Source: Planctomycetota bacterium
GTDB lineage: Bacteria; Planctomycetota; OFTM77
Assembly (NCBI GenBank): GCA_029260795.1
Contig: JAJDCO010000094.1
Coordinates: 161,193 to 225,192, forward strand
Direction of reading: 5' to 3'
Length of the DNA: 64,000 nt
The notes under the pieces were generated by a model. The model had not been told where the DNA came from, searched no databases, and saw nothing but the letters and a program-made list of their open reading frames with translations. The position numbers and the translations under genes were made by a program. This document shows, in pieces, positions 9,104 to 17,638 of this stretch. Every line of letters starts with the position of its first letter. The stretch's first letter is position 1.

Positions 9104-9850
9104 TCAGGAGTCGGACTCGTCCTTCTCCTTCGGCCAAACGCGAGGGTTCTTCTTGGCGTCGCCGTACCACTTCCAGTAAGCATCGGCCGAATCCAGCCCT
9201 TGACCGGTCAGCTTGTAGAGTGCCGCATTCATCGGGGCCTTGATGATGTTGTTCTTGCGGACGGCCGTCGAGTTCTTCGGATCGCGAGCCGAGTTCTCGG
9301 CGGACGTGTACACCTTCAACATCTCGCCCACGATCTTGACCCGATACCCGAGCTTCGTCCCCTCGTAGCCACCCAGCGATTCGGCAGCAGTGGCGATGAT
9401 CGAGAAGTCCTTGTCGTTGAGCAGCTTCGTCAGCTCGCCGATCAGGCTGACGTCGGCATTCTTGCCCATGGCCTGAACGATCTTGATTCGAAGGTCTTGG
9501 TCCTTCTTGGCCTTCCTCAAGCTCGACCGCAGCTCCTTGGCGCCGTCCTCACCGAGCTCGCCCAGCGCGCCGGCCGCTTCGAGACGGACGTCCGCGTTGC
9601 GCGAGCCCATGCCGCTGGCGACCTCGTTGGCGATCTGCTTGCGGATCTTCTTGTCGTCGATCTTCTGATACAGCGCCGTCAGCTCGGCGATGACCGCCGG
9701 GGCCGGTCCGTCGGCGCGAGCCGCCTCGAGCGCTTCGATCTGTGCCTCGACGACCGCTCCCAGGTCTTCCTCGTCTTGCTGACACCAGGCGGTCGGCACC
9801 CATGCCATCGCGATCCCGAGGATCACGATGCTGCTCAAGAATTTCGACAT
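9104..9850 (-). CDS. Secreted HEAT/ARM-like repeat protein
   Basis: 248 aa; signal peptide (MSKFLSSIVILGIAMAWVPTAWC), then Ala/Leu-rich helical repeats. Repeat class is judged from composition only. Confidence 0.6.
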   Translation of the reverse strand: MSKFLSSIVILGIAMAWVPTAWCQQDEEDLGAVVEAQIEALEAARADGPAPAVIAELTALYQKIDDKKIRKQIANEVASGMGSRNADVRLEAAGALGELGEDGAKELRSSLRKAKKDQDLRIKIVQAMGKNADVSLIGELTKLLNDKDFSIIATAAESLGGYEGTKLGYRVKIVGEMLKVYTSAENSARDPKNSTAVRKNNIIKAPMNAALYKLTGQGLDSADAYWKWYGDAKKNPRVWPKEKDESDS

Positions 9851-10006
9851 CAGGTTCTAGCTCCCGAAGGGGGAATCCGTTTTTAGGCCCTTGGCACGGC
9901 CGCCTTTGAATCGCCGACGCGCCAAGCGCCCATCATAGCCCTCACCATCACCAACGTCAAAACGACGTCGAATGCTCCTTCGTCCGTCAGATTCCGATCT
10001 TCCGGA

Positions 10007-10855
10007 TCAACTGGACTCTCGCGAGAGCCAACCCTCGTAGAGCTCGAGAGCCCGCAGCGTCCACGGACCCGGTGCGCCTTTGCCGATCAGCTCCCCATCG
10101 AGCTTCACCACCGGAACCACTCCACCGATCGATTGCGTGAGCCAGAGCTCGTCGCACCTCCGAAGCTCGTCGAGTCCAACCGGCTGCTCCTGCACGGGCC
10201 ACCGCGCCTCATCCGCCAGCTCGAGAAGGCGCCTTCGAGTCACGCCGGCCAGCGCCCGATCTCTCACGGGTGGAGTCCGAACGACGCCGTCGATCACGGC
10301 GAAGACGTTGCTGCTCGCTCCCTCGAGCAGGCTGTCCGACGTGTCGACGAGCAAGATCTCCTCCACGTCTCGGCGGGCCCGAGATGCGAGCCACCAGGGC
10401 AGGTAGGAAGTCGTCTTGTGACCGGCGAGCGAGCCACCGTCGAAACGAGTCGTGCCCGCCGTCACTCCTCGCCGGAAGCGTTCGCTCTCGGCAGGCGATC
10501 GAGGACTACCCATCACGAGGGTCACGGGTTCTCGCGGCTCGAATCGTGAGCCGCCTGCGATCGAGCCGGCGGTGATGGTCAATCGCACCCGACCGTCTCG
10601 AAGTTGCGTTCGCTCTCGCCACTGCTCGATCCGGTCTCGGAGACGATCCGCGGGTGGAACCGTCAGGCCGAGAGTGCGAGCCGAGCTCTCCAGCCTCGCC
10701 AGATGGCGATCGCGATCGACGACCCAACGACGCGCGATGCGCATCGTCTCGAACAGACCGGCTCCGTAGAGGAGCGCCGCGTCGAACACCGAGACCCGTG
10801 CGTCCTCGGCCGGAACGAGCTCTCCGTCCAGCGAGACCCAATCGACGTCCGTCAT
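10007..10855 (-). CDS. pabC: Class IV aminotransferase family, aminodeoxychorismate lyase-like
   Basis: 282 aa; fold-type IV PLP enzyme signatures (FETMRI..., conserved Lys region HKTTSYL, ...NVFAV...). ATGA overlap with the upstream PabB-like gene supports a pabBC pair. Confidence 0.78.
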   Translation of the reverse strand: MTDVDWVSLDGELVPAEDARVSVFDAALLYGAGLFETMRIARRWVVDRDRHLARLESSARTLGLTVPPADRLRDRIEQWRERTQLRDGRVRLTITAGSIAGGSRFEPREPVTLVMGSPRSPAESERFRRGVTAGTTRFDGGSLAGHKTTSYLPWWLASRARRDVEEILLVDTSDSLLEGASSNVFAVIDGVVRTPPVRDRALAGVTRRRLLELADEARWPVQEQPVGLDELRRCDELWLTQSIGGVVPVVKLDGELIGKGAPGPWTLRALELYEGWLSRESS

Positions 10856-12243
10856 TCCGAGCTCGCCTCGAACGCGATCGCCTCGGCCGGCGTTTCCCCC
10901 AACAATGCCCGGGCCAACCCGCGCCCCTTAGCTTCCGTCTCGGACCACTCGCTCTCCGGATCGGAGTCCGCGACGATGCCGCTCCCGACATGGAAGGCGC
11001 CGTGCCCTCGCGATGCCATGACGGTCCGGATCGCGATGTTCAAGTCGAGGCGCCCATCGGCTCCGAGGTAGCCAATGGCACCCGTGTAAGCCTCCCGCGG
11101 CACCGGCTCGAGCTCGTGAATGATCTCCATCGCACGCACCTTGGGGGCCCCGGTGATCGAGCCGCCGGGGAAGGTCGCACGCAGCAGCTCCGCTAGCCCG
11201 ACCTCCGCTCGGAGGAACCCCGTGACTTGCGCCTCGAGATGATGGACGGTCGGAAAGCTCTCGAGCCGGCGAGCGGTCTCGACCCGAATGCTCCCGTACT
11301 CGCAAACGCGACCCAGGTCGTTGCGCTCCAGATCGACGATCATGGTGAGCTCGGCGGCATCTTTCGCACTGGCGAGAAGCCGCTCGCGCGCTCGAGCGTC
11401 CGCCGCCGCATCGGCCTCGCGGGGAACGGTCCCCTTGATGGGTCGGGTCTCGACTCGCCGTCCGTCCGTGGCGAGGAAGCGCTCGGGCGACGTCGACCAG
11501 ATCCAGCGTTCATCGCCCAAATCGAGACAGGCGGTGAACGGCCCTCCGTTGAAGCGCCGCAGGCGACGAAAGGGAGCCCCCCCCCGCGTGTCGAGCTCGA
11601 AGTCGAGCCGGCGAGCCAGGTTCACCTGGAAGATGTCACCGGCCGCGATGTACTCGAGCGCCCGCTCGACCGCCCGATGATAGGCGTCGGCCGTGAGGCT
11701 TTCGCGCAAGATGCCTTCGCGGATCCGCCGTCCACTCGACTCCGAAACCGCCCCCGGAAAGGCAACCGCTTCGTGCAGTGATTCGGCCGAAGCGCCTTCG
11801 AGGGCCACCTGCCAGGTGCGCTGCTCTGCATGATCAATGACGAGCGCCGAGTCGTAGTAGCCGAACCAGAGATCGGGTAGGCCGAGCCCCCCCGGGCGCG
11901 GCGTCGGCAGACACTCGACGTGGCCGCCCAGCTCGTATCCGAGGTAGCCGATCGCGCCGCCGGCAAACGGTAGGGCCGAGGAGGGATGCTGACCAAAGCT
12001 CGCGTGCCAGGCCGCCAAGGCATCGAAGGGATCGGACCGCAGGTGGCGCTCGGACCGGCCGCTCCGAATCGTGATGCCGCGTCCACGTGCTTCGATGACC
12101 GAGCGCGGACGCGTCGCGAGCACACTATATCGACCGAGCTCGGGGTATTGGCCGTCGACGCTATCGAGCCAAACGGTACCGGGAGACCGGGACAGACCGG
12201 CCCAGACCGATTCGACGTCTTGGATGTGCGGGATCTCTTCCAT
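10852..12243 (-). CDS. pabB: Aminodeoxychorismate synthase component I (chorismate-binding enzyme family; TrpE/PabB type)
   Basis: Chorismate-utilising enzyme motifs (FPGGSITGAPKVRAMEII..., GAIGY...). Start chosen at internal ATG 12243 (MEEIPHIQ...); ORF-track start 12387 adds 48 residues. PabB rather than TrpE is inferred from coupling to the class-IV aminotransferase. Confidence 0.8.
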   Translation of the reverse strand: MEEIPHIQDVESVWAGLSRSPGTVWLDSVDGQYPELGRYSVLATRPRSVIEARGRGITIRSGRSERHLRSDPFDALAAWHASFGQHPSSALPFAGGAIGYLGYELGGHVECLPTPRPGGLGLPDLWFGYYDSALVIDHAEQRTWQVALEGASAESLHEAVAFPGAVSESSGRRIREGILRESLTADAYHRAVERALEYIAAGDIFQVNLARRLDFELDTRGGAPFRRLRRFNGGPFTACLDLGDERWIWSTSPERFLATDGRRVETRPIKGTVPREADAAADARARERLLASAKDAAELTMIVDLERNDLGRVCEYGSIRVETARRLESFPTVHHLEAQVTGFLRAEVGLAELLRATFPGGSITGAPKVRAMEIIHELEPVPREAYTGAIGYLGADGRLDLNIAIRTVMASRGHGAFHVGSGIVADSDPESEWSETEAKGRGLARALLGETPAEAIAFEASSE

Positions 12244-12420
12244 GTGAAGGCTCGATTCGGTGGCGAGGATCGCTGGACGAGCGAGACAGACTAACACCGA
12301 GTGAGGAAGTGCAGCCAGGGCAGCTCGCAGCGCATTCGCTTCCCAGACATTTCGGCTCCCGGTCGAGGTGAGCCTGTGGGCACTCAACCCGCACGCTGGC
12401 GCACTCCGCGAGAGGGAGGT

Positions 12421-13347
12421 CTACTCGCGATCCTTGCGACCGCGTCCTCGAGGATGGGCTCGCTCATAGACCTCGCGATGCCGCTCCTTGGAAACGTGCG
12501 TGTAGATCTGGGTGGTGGTGAGCCGCTGATGACCGAGCAGCTCTTGCACGGCACGCAAATGGGCTCCCGCGTCCACGAGATGAGTGGCGAAGCTGTGCCG
12601 CAAGGTGTGTGGGCTGATCCGATCCGCGAGGCCGCTTCGAAGCACGTGCTTATCGAGGATCTTGCGCACGCCCCGATCGGTGAGGCGGCCTCCGCGACGA
12701 TTCACGAAGACCGCCACCGGCTCCCTCCCATCGGAGGGGAATCTCCGAACACGCTCCGGGAGGTAGGCCCGCAGACTCTGCGACGCGGAGCGACCGAGGG
12801 GGGCGAGGCGCTCCCGTTTGCCCTTACCGCGCACGCGGGCGACACCATCGATCAAGTCGAGGTCCGTCTCGTCGAGGCCGACCAGCTCGCTGACGCGCAG
12901 GCCGCCACCATAGAGAACCTCGAATAGCGCGCGATCGCGACGCCCCCAGAGCGTCTCGGCTTCGACCGACTCGATCAGGTGATCGATGTCACGAGGTACC
13001 AAGATGTGAGGCAGCTGCTTCTCGCGGCGCGGCGAGCGAATCATCGTCAGCGGATCGTGCTCGATCACGCCTTCACGGATGAGGTATCGAAAGAAGCTCC
13101 GCAGCGACGCGAGACGTCGAGCAATGGTGGCGTCGGCATACCCGTCCTCACGCAGCCCTCCGAGGTAGGCGCGGATCAGCGGGCGCTCGACGCCCTCGAG
13201 GCCCTTCACGCCTCGTCCGCCAGCGAACCGCTGGAAGCCTTGGAGATCCGTCGAATAGGCACGCACCGTGTGCTCGGAGAAGCCCCGACGATGGATCAGA
13301 TGATCGATGAAGCGGTCGACGTGCTCGTCGAGCATGAGGCTCCCCAT
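12421..13347 (-). CDS. Tyrosine site-specific recombinase, XerC/XerD-like
   Basis: 308 aa; C-terminal catalytic region HTLRHSFATHLVDAGAHLRAVQELLGHQRLTTTQIYTHV closely resembles XerC/XerD, with an N-terminal SAM-like core-binding domain. XerC and XerD cannot be distinguished by eye. Confidence 0.85.
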   Translation of the reverse strand: MGSLMLDEHVDRFIDHLIHRRGFSEHTVRAYSTDLQGFQRFAGGRGVKGLEGVERPLIRAYLGGLREDGYADATIARRLASLRSFFRYLIREGVIEHDPLTMIRSPRREKQLPHILVPRDIDHLIESVEAETLWGRRDRALFEVLYGGGLRVSELVGLDETDLDLIDGVARVRGKGKRERLAPLGRSASQSLRAYLPERVRRFPSDGREPVAVFVNRRGGRLTDRGVRKILDKHVLRSGLADRISPHTLRHSFATHLVDAGAHLRAVQELLGHQRLTTTQIYTHVSKERHREVYERAHPRGRGRKDRE

Positions 13348-13445
13348 CCAACGGGCCCTTGCGGGAGCGACCCGCCCGGATCGGTCCCAGGTTCAGCATA
13401 CGGGCACGGGCCCGAGCTGGGCAACCACCCTGGCTCAAAGGCAAA

Positions 13446-13475
13446 GCGCCTCGGGGTCGTGTGACTCCGAGGCGC
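13446..13475 (-). terminator. Hairpin downstream of tRNA-Glu (candidate terminator)
   Basis: Inverted repeat GCGCCTCGG ... CCGAGGCGC (9-bp stem, 12-nt loop) immediately 3' of the tRNA on its strand, followed by a modest U-containing tract (CUUUGCCUUUGAG). Confidence 0.3.
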
Positions 13476-13479
13476 TCGT

Positions 13480-13557
13480 TGGTGACCCCGACGGGATTTG
13501 AACCCGTGTTACCGGCGTGAAAGGCCGGTGTCCTGGACCTGACTAGACGACGGGGCC
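13480..13557 (-). tRNA. tRNA-Glu (anticodon UUC), CCA encoded
   Basis: Minus-strand sequence GGCCCCGTCGTCTAGTCAGGTCCAGGACACCGGCCTTTCACGCCGGTAACACGGGTTCAAATCCCGTCGGGGTCACCA folds as a cloverleaf: 7-bp acceptor stem (one G-U), anticodon stem CCGGC/GCCGG with loop CTTTCAC, T-loop TTCAAAT. Confidence 0.9.
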
Positions 13558-13652
13558 TCACCGACGGTCGATCGACCGCAATCCAGGGGCGATCGTTTTA
13601 ATGGATCGCTCAGAATCGGGAAAGCCCTTTTTGGAAAGGGCGCTCCCGACGG

Positions 13653-15710
13653 CTACCGCAGCTGCCGCTCCAGCGCCGACGCTCGGGAGGCACCGCCCGG
13701 AAGTGCGGCCGCTCGCCTCAGCAGCCCCCGCGCCGTCTCGACCTCGCCATGTCGAGCCTCCCATCCTGCGCGCGCCAGAACGACCTCTAGATCCTGTGGC
13801 CACTTGGCCTCGGCTTCTCGAAGGAGCTCGCCAGCACGGACCACGTCCTGATGGCGCTCCCAGTGTTCGGCCAACGCCACCGAGACGGCCGGTCGCCGAT
13901 AGCGTGCGGCGATCTCGAGGATCGGTCTTGCCTCCCCTTCCGGGAGACCCTCGGCGGCGGCAACCAAGAGCTCGGGACGATCGAGCTCGGCCGAGGCTTG
14001 CCGATAGGCGCGCGAGGCGGACTCCCGCTGCCCCAGTCGCTTCAGCCCCTCGGCGATATCGAGCAAGCGCGCTCCCCGAGTCCAAGTACTGCCTCCCGCG
14101 AAAGGCGGCGAGGCCTCGACACCGAGCCGCAACGCCTCCTCGTAGGCCGCGATGGCCAGCTCCGACTCTTCGACGCGTTCATGGTAAAGGGCTCGCAGGA
14201 AGGCTCCCCCACCACCGGCCGGAAGCCGGTCCAGCTGCCAACGCGCCAGATCCAGTCGGCCTCGCTCCAGGAATGCGAGCATCTCTTCCTGCATGAGCTG
14301 GCGCCCGACATCGGCGACGTACGGTCTCGGGTCGAGCTCGCGATCAGGCTCCCAATCGAGAGGACGCGAGCTCTTCCCACCCAGGTAGCCCAGGCGCCGC
14401 AGAGCCTCCTGCTCACTGGACGACAACGGACGATCCTGGGCACTCGTGCTCGGGGTCCGGAGCGAGGCGACCAAGGACCGATACGTCTCTTCGAGCTTCT
14501 CGCTGCGCGACGAGTCGGCTCGTCCCAAGTCGACCGTCTCGCCGACATCCAGCGCCAGGTCGTAGACTTCCGGAGCCTCGCGATGGTGAACGTACTTCCA
14601 GGACGAGCTGCGCATCCCACGCGCTGGCGTCGTGTTGAACAAGGCCGACAGCATCGCTGCTTCGAGATACACGAAGGGCGTGATGGCGGGTGCCCCTCCG
14701 GCGAGCCAACCCGCGAGCGAGCGTCCTTGAACGGCGGATCCGGCCGGGAGACCGAGCAGATCGAGCACGGTCGGAAAAAGATCGGCCAAGGTGACTTGCC
14801 CATCCAAGATCCGGCCCGCCGGGATTCCGGCCGGCCACCGAATCGCCAACGGGACTCGCTGCGTCGCGTCGTAGATCAGGCTGCCGTGATAGGCTTCGCC
14901 ATGCTCGCCGAGCGCTTCGCCATGATCAGACGTGATGATGACGATCGTGTCGTCGAGACGCTGCCAGCTCTCGAGCTGATCGATGATTCGGCCGAGCTCC
15001 CGATCCGTGTAGGCAATCTCCCCGGCGTACGGATCGTCTCGGTAGGTCTCGTCGAAAGGAGGAGGCGGCAAGTAGCCGAAGTGGGGATCGTAGTAGTGCA
15101 CCCACTGCAGGAACGGAACACCAGATTCTGCGGGCATGGTCAATGCTCGGAGAGCCGCATCGGTCACCTCGGTCGCCCGGCGTTGGTGGTACTCGAACGG
15201 GAAGGGCGCCTCGTTCTCAGACCACTCGTCGTCGTAGACGTCGAAGCCTTGATCGAGTCCATAGTCGCTCGCCAAGGGCAAGGCCCCGATGACTGCCGAC
15301 GTCCAGTAGCCGCGCTTCTGAAGGATCTCGGCCAGCGTCTCGGCCTCGTCCGCCAGCACCGAGACACCGTTGTTGTGGATCCCGTGCGAGATCGGAAAGC
15401 GCCCCGTCCAGATCGTCGCGTGCGCCGGCAGGGTGATGGGACAGGGCGATATCGCTTCGGTGAAGCGGGCCCCTTCCCGAGCGATGCGATCGAACGTCGG
15501 CACCGGCGCGGTGCCCCCCTGGCTCTCGAGCGCATCGGCTCTCACCGTGTCCCAGGTGACGATCAGCACCGAAGGCGGTCGATCCGGCGAGCACCCGATG
15601 AGCAGGAGAAGCACTCCCCACGCGACACATCCGATCGAAGACACACGAAGTCTCACGGTCTGCAAGAGGACCGGCTCCTGGAAGAGAGGGAATCGAGGTG
15701 GCCCAGCCAT
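13653..15710 (-). CDS. Alkaline-phosphatase-superfamily lipoprotein, nucleotide pyrophosphatase/phosphodiesterase (NPP)-like catalytic domain with C-terminal TPR-like repeats
   Basis: Start set at ATG 15710 (MAGPP...LLLLIGCSPD lipobox-like signal). Motifs VLIVTWDTVRADAL, CPITLPAHATIWTGRFPISHGIHNN and ITSDHGEA fit NPP-type enzymes; the sulfatase CxPxR signature is absent. C-terminal 250 aa Ala/Leu/Arg-rich helical repeats. Confidence 0.75.
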   Translation of the reverse strand: MAGPPRFPLFQEPVLLQTVRLRVSSIGCVAWGVLLLLIGCSPDRPPSVLIVTWDTVRADALESQGGTAPVPTFDRIAREGARFTEAISPCPITLPAHATIWTGRFPISHGIHNNGVSVLADEAETLAEILQKRGYWTSAVIGALPLASDYGLDQGFDVYDDEWSENEAPFPFEYHQRRATEVTDAALRALTMPAESGVPFLQWVHYYDPHFGYLPPPPFDETYRDDPYAGEIAYTDRELGRIIDQLESWQRLDDTIVIITSDHGEALGEHGEAYHGSLIYDATQRVPLAIRWPAGIPAGRILDGQVTLADLFPTVLDLLGLPAGSAVQGRSLAGWLAGGAPAITPFVYLEAAMLSALFNTTPARGMRSSSWKYVHHREAPEVYDLALDVGETVDLGRADSSRSEKLEETYRSLVASLRTPSTSAQDRPLSSSEQEALRRLGYLGGKSSRPLDWEPDRELDPRPYVADVGRQLMQEEMLAFLERGRLDLARWQLDRLPAGGGGAFLRALYHERVEESELAIAAYEEALRLGVEASPPFAGGSTWTRGARLLDIAEGLKRLGQRESASRAYRQASAELDRPELLVAAAEGLPEGEARPILEIAARYRRPAVSVALAEHWERHQDVVRAGELLREAEAKWPQDLEVVLARAGWEARHGEVETARGLLRRAAALPGGASRASALERQLR

Positions 15711-15843
15711 CGTTGCGCAAGCACACGGCCTCGGCAAGCACCTGTCTCGGACGGACGTCGGCGGCGGCTCCGCCTCGCCCTGCGAACGGTTCCCGGTTAA
15801 GTTGGGCCCTCCTCGATGACACAGTGATTGGAGCCCCTCGAAG

Positions 15844-17196
15844 ATGGATCCACTTCCCGCGCCCCCGCCGAGTGAAGAAGGCGTGCCACCTGAGCCGCGA
15901 CTGACCTGGCCCGGCCGGAATCCGTACGGCTTCGATCCGGCTCGTCCGGCCATCGAGCCGATCGCGCTCGAGATCTGCGATCCGCGCGGCGAGCTCGAAG
16001 GACAAGCCTCCGGCCTGCCCGACGACCGTTTGATGATCGGTGACAATCTCGATGCGGCAGCCACCTTGATCCACCGCGGATACTCAGGCCGATTCCAGCT
16101 CGTCTACATCGATCCGCCCTTTGCGAGTGACGTCGAGTACGGACACGAGGTGCAGGTCGAGGAGCGTCCGGAGAGCTGGCAGCGCTCGTCGTACTCCGAC
16201 GCCTGGCCGGGCGGGCTCGGCAGCTACCTCGAGATGCTCGGACCGCGCCTCGAAGCGATTCATCGGCTCCTGCACGACGAAGGCAGCCTGTATGTGCACC
16301 TCGATCATCACAGCGTCCACTACGTCAAAGTGCTGCTCGACGAGATCTTCGGCCGTGAGAACTTCCAGCGCGAGATCATCTGGCGCATCGGATGGATCTC
16401 GGGCTTCAAGAGCGCGGCCCGCAACTGGATTCGCAACCACGACACGGTGCTCTTCTACGTCAAGGACCGAGCGCGCTTCTTCTTCGACAAGGCGTACTTG
16501 CCGTACCCGCCCGGCTATCGTCGGCGTGACGGGCAGCTTCCCAAAGGGAAGGGCATTCCCTTGGAAGACGTCTGGAACGGAAGCGCGGCCGATCCGCTGG
16601 ACTCGATTCAAATCAAGTCCTTCTCGGGTGAGAAGACCGGTTTCAACACCCAAAAGAACCTCGCGTTACTCCAACGAATTATCCAAGCCTCCTCGCGCCC
16701 CGGCGATCTCGTCGGCGATCTCTTCGCGGGATCGGGCACGACAGCAGTGGCGGCAGCCACCATGTCGAATGCGGGCGGCGAGCCGGCTGCTCGACGTTGG
16801 ATCGGAGTCGAGCGCGGGCCACTCGGTGCGGCGCTCGCCCGAACGCGACTCCTCGACGCGGGAGCGCCGCCGTTCGCGATCGAAGGCCACGCCCGAGGAC
16901 AGGTCCTCGAGGAAGCGTCGCCCTATCGCTTGATCGTCGAGCCGACGACGAGCGATTCGTTGGAGGTCGTCTTGGAAGACCGGGAGGACGACGCTCCGCC
17001 CGTCGAGGCCTGGAGCCTCGATCCGAGCTTCGACGGCCTGCCGTTTCGGGGTCGGCTCCATCGCTGGAGATCGCTGGGTCGCAAGCGTCGCGCGCCCGAG
17101 CGCCGAATCGTCTTCGATCGAGTGATTGGCGGCGGAACGATCGCGGCGCGCGTGATCGACATCTTCGGGCAGACCACTCACGTCGTCGCGGATTGA
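15844..17196 (+). CDS. DNA methyltransferase, beta-class (N6-adenine/N4-cytosine family; motif IV before motif I)
   Basis: 450 aa; motif IV LVYIDPPF (DPPF favours N6-adenine) followed much later by motif I DLVGDLFAGSGTTAVAA. About 130 aa C-terminal extension of unknown function. No restriction endonuclease candidate adjacent. Confidence 0.82.
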   Translation: MDPLPAPPPSEEGVPPEPRLTWPGRNPYGFDPARPAIEPIALEICDPRGELEGQASGLPDDRLMIGDNLDAAATLIHRGYSGRFQLVYIDPPFASDVEYGHEVQVEERPESWQRSSYSDAWPGGLGSYLEMLGPRLEAIHRLLHDEGSLYVHLDHHSVHYVKVLLDEIFGRENFQREIIWRIGWISGFKSAARNWIRNHDTVLFYVKDRARFFFDKAYLPYPPGYRRRDGQLPKGKGIPLEDVWNGSAADPLDSIQIKSFSGEKTGFNTQKNLALLQRIIQASSRPGDLVGDLFAGSGTTAVAAATMSNAGGEPAARRWIGVERGPLGAALARTRLLDAGAPPFAIEGHARGQVLEEASPYRLIVEPTTSDSLEVVLEDREDDAPPVEAWSLDPSFDGLPFRGRLHRWRSLGRKRRAPERRIVFDRVIGGGTIAARVIDIFGQTTHVVAD

Positions 17197-17638
17197 CGGC
17201 CTGCGGGGTGGAGGCGGTCGCCCCCCACCGGCCGAAGGGTCTGTCGGAGGGCGGACTTCCGCCGAGCTTTGCAGAGGATCGCCGAGGCAGGTGCGTCAGA
17301 TGCCCATCGGATGGATGCTTGGGCCCTTTCGAGGGCATGTGCGCAGGAATCACCGTCCGTTCGGTTCGGAGACGCCCGGAGTCGGCACTTCTGCCAGACC
17401 CGTCAGGCATTGTCCGTCGCGACGTGAACCTCTTCTGCAACGCCCGGGTTCAGCGCCTTGTCGGGCGGCTCAGGTATTCCATCATTTGATACTTGTGAGC
17501 CTTGATTCGAGGGATCGTGAACCGACCTCTTGGACACCCACCGACTGGATTCGGGAACGACGTGCGTTTATAGCTGAGACACGCTGGCGCTCCGAAGACC
17601 GCTGGCCGTGCCGCCTTTCTCTCGTGGAGACCGCCCCG

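Noticed and set aside
12421-13557. Tyrosine recombinase next to tRNA-Glu as the integrase of a genomic island or prophage
   Set aside because: The recombinase closely resembles housekeeping XerC/XerD; flanking genes are core metabolism; no phage/IS genes and no att-like tRNA repeat seen by eye (not exhaustively searched).
13851-15800. 649-aa plus-strand ORF antisense to the NPP-like lipoprotein gene
   Set aside because: No recognisable motifs, Arg-rich; the opposite strand encodes a protein with clear AP-superfamily catalytic motifs.
17205-17330. SAM-I riboswitch upstream of the Cys/Met PLP enzyme gene
   Set aside because: A GGUGGAGG-like segment is present but the other conserved SAM-I elements (AUGA kink-turn context, GCAACC, AAUUCC) were not found by eye; left as an unconfirmed leader.
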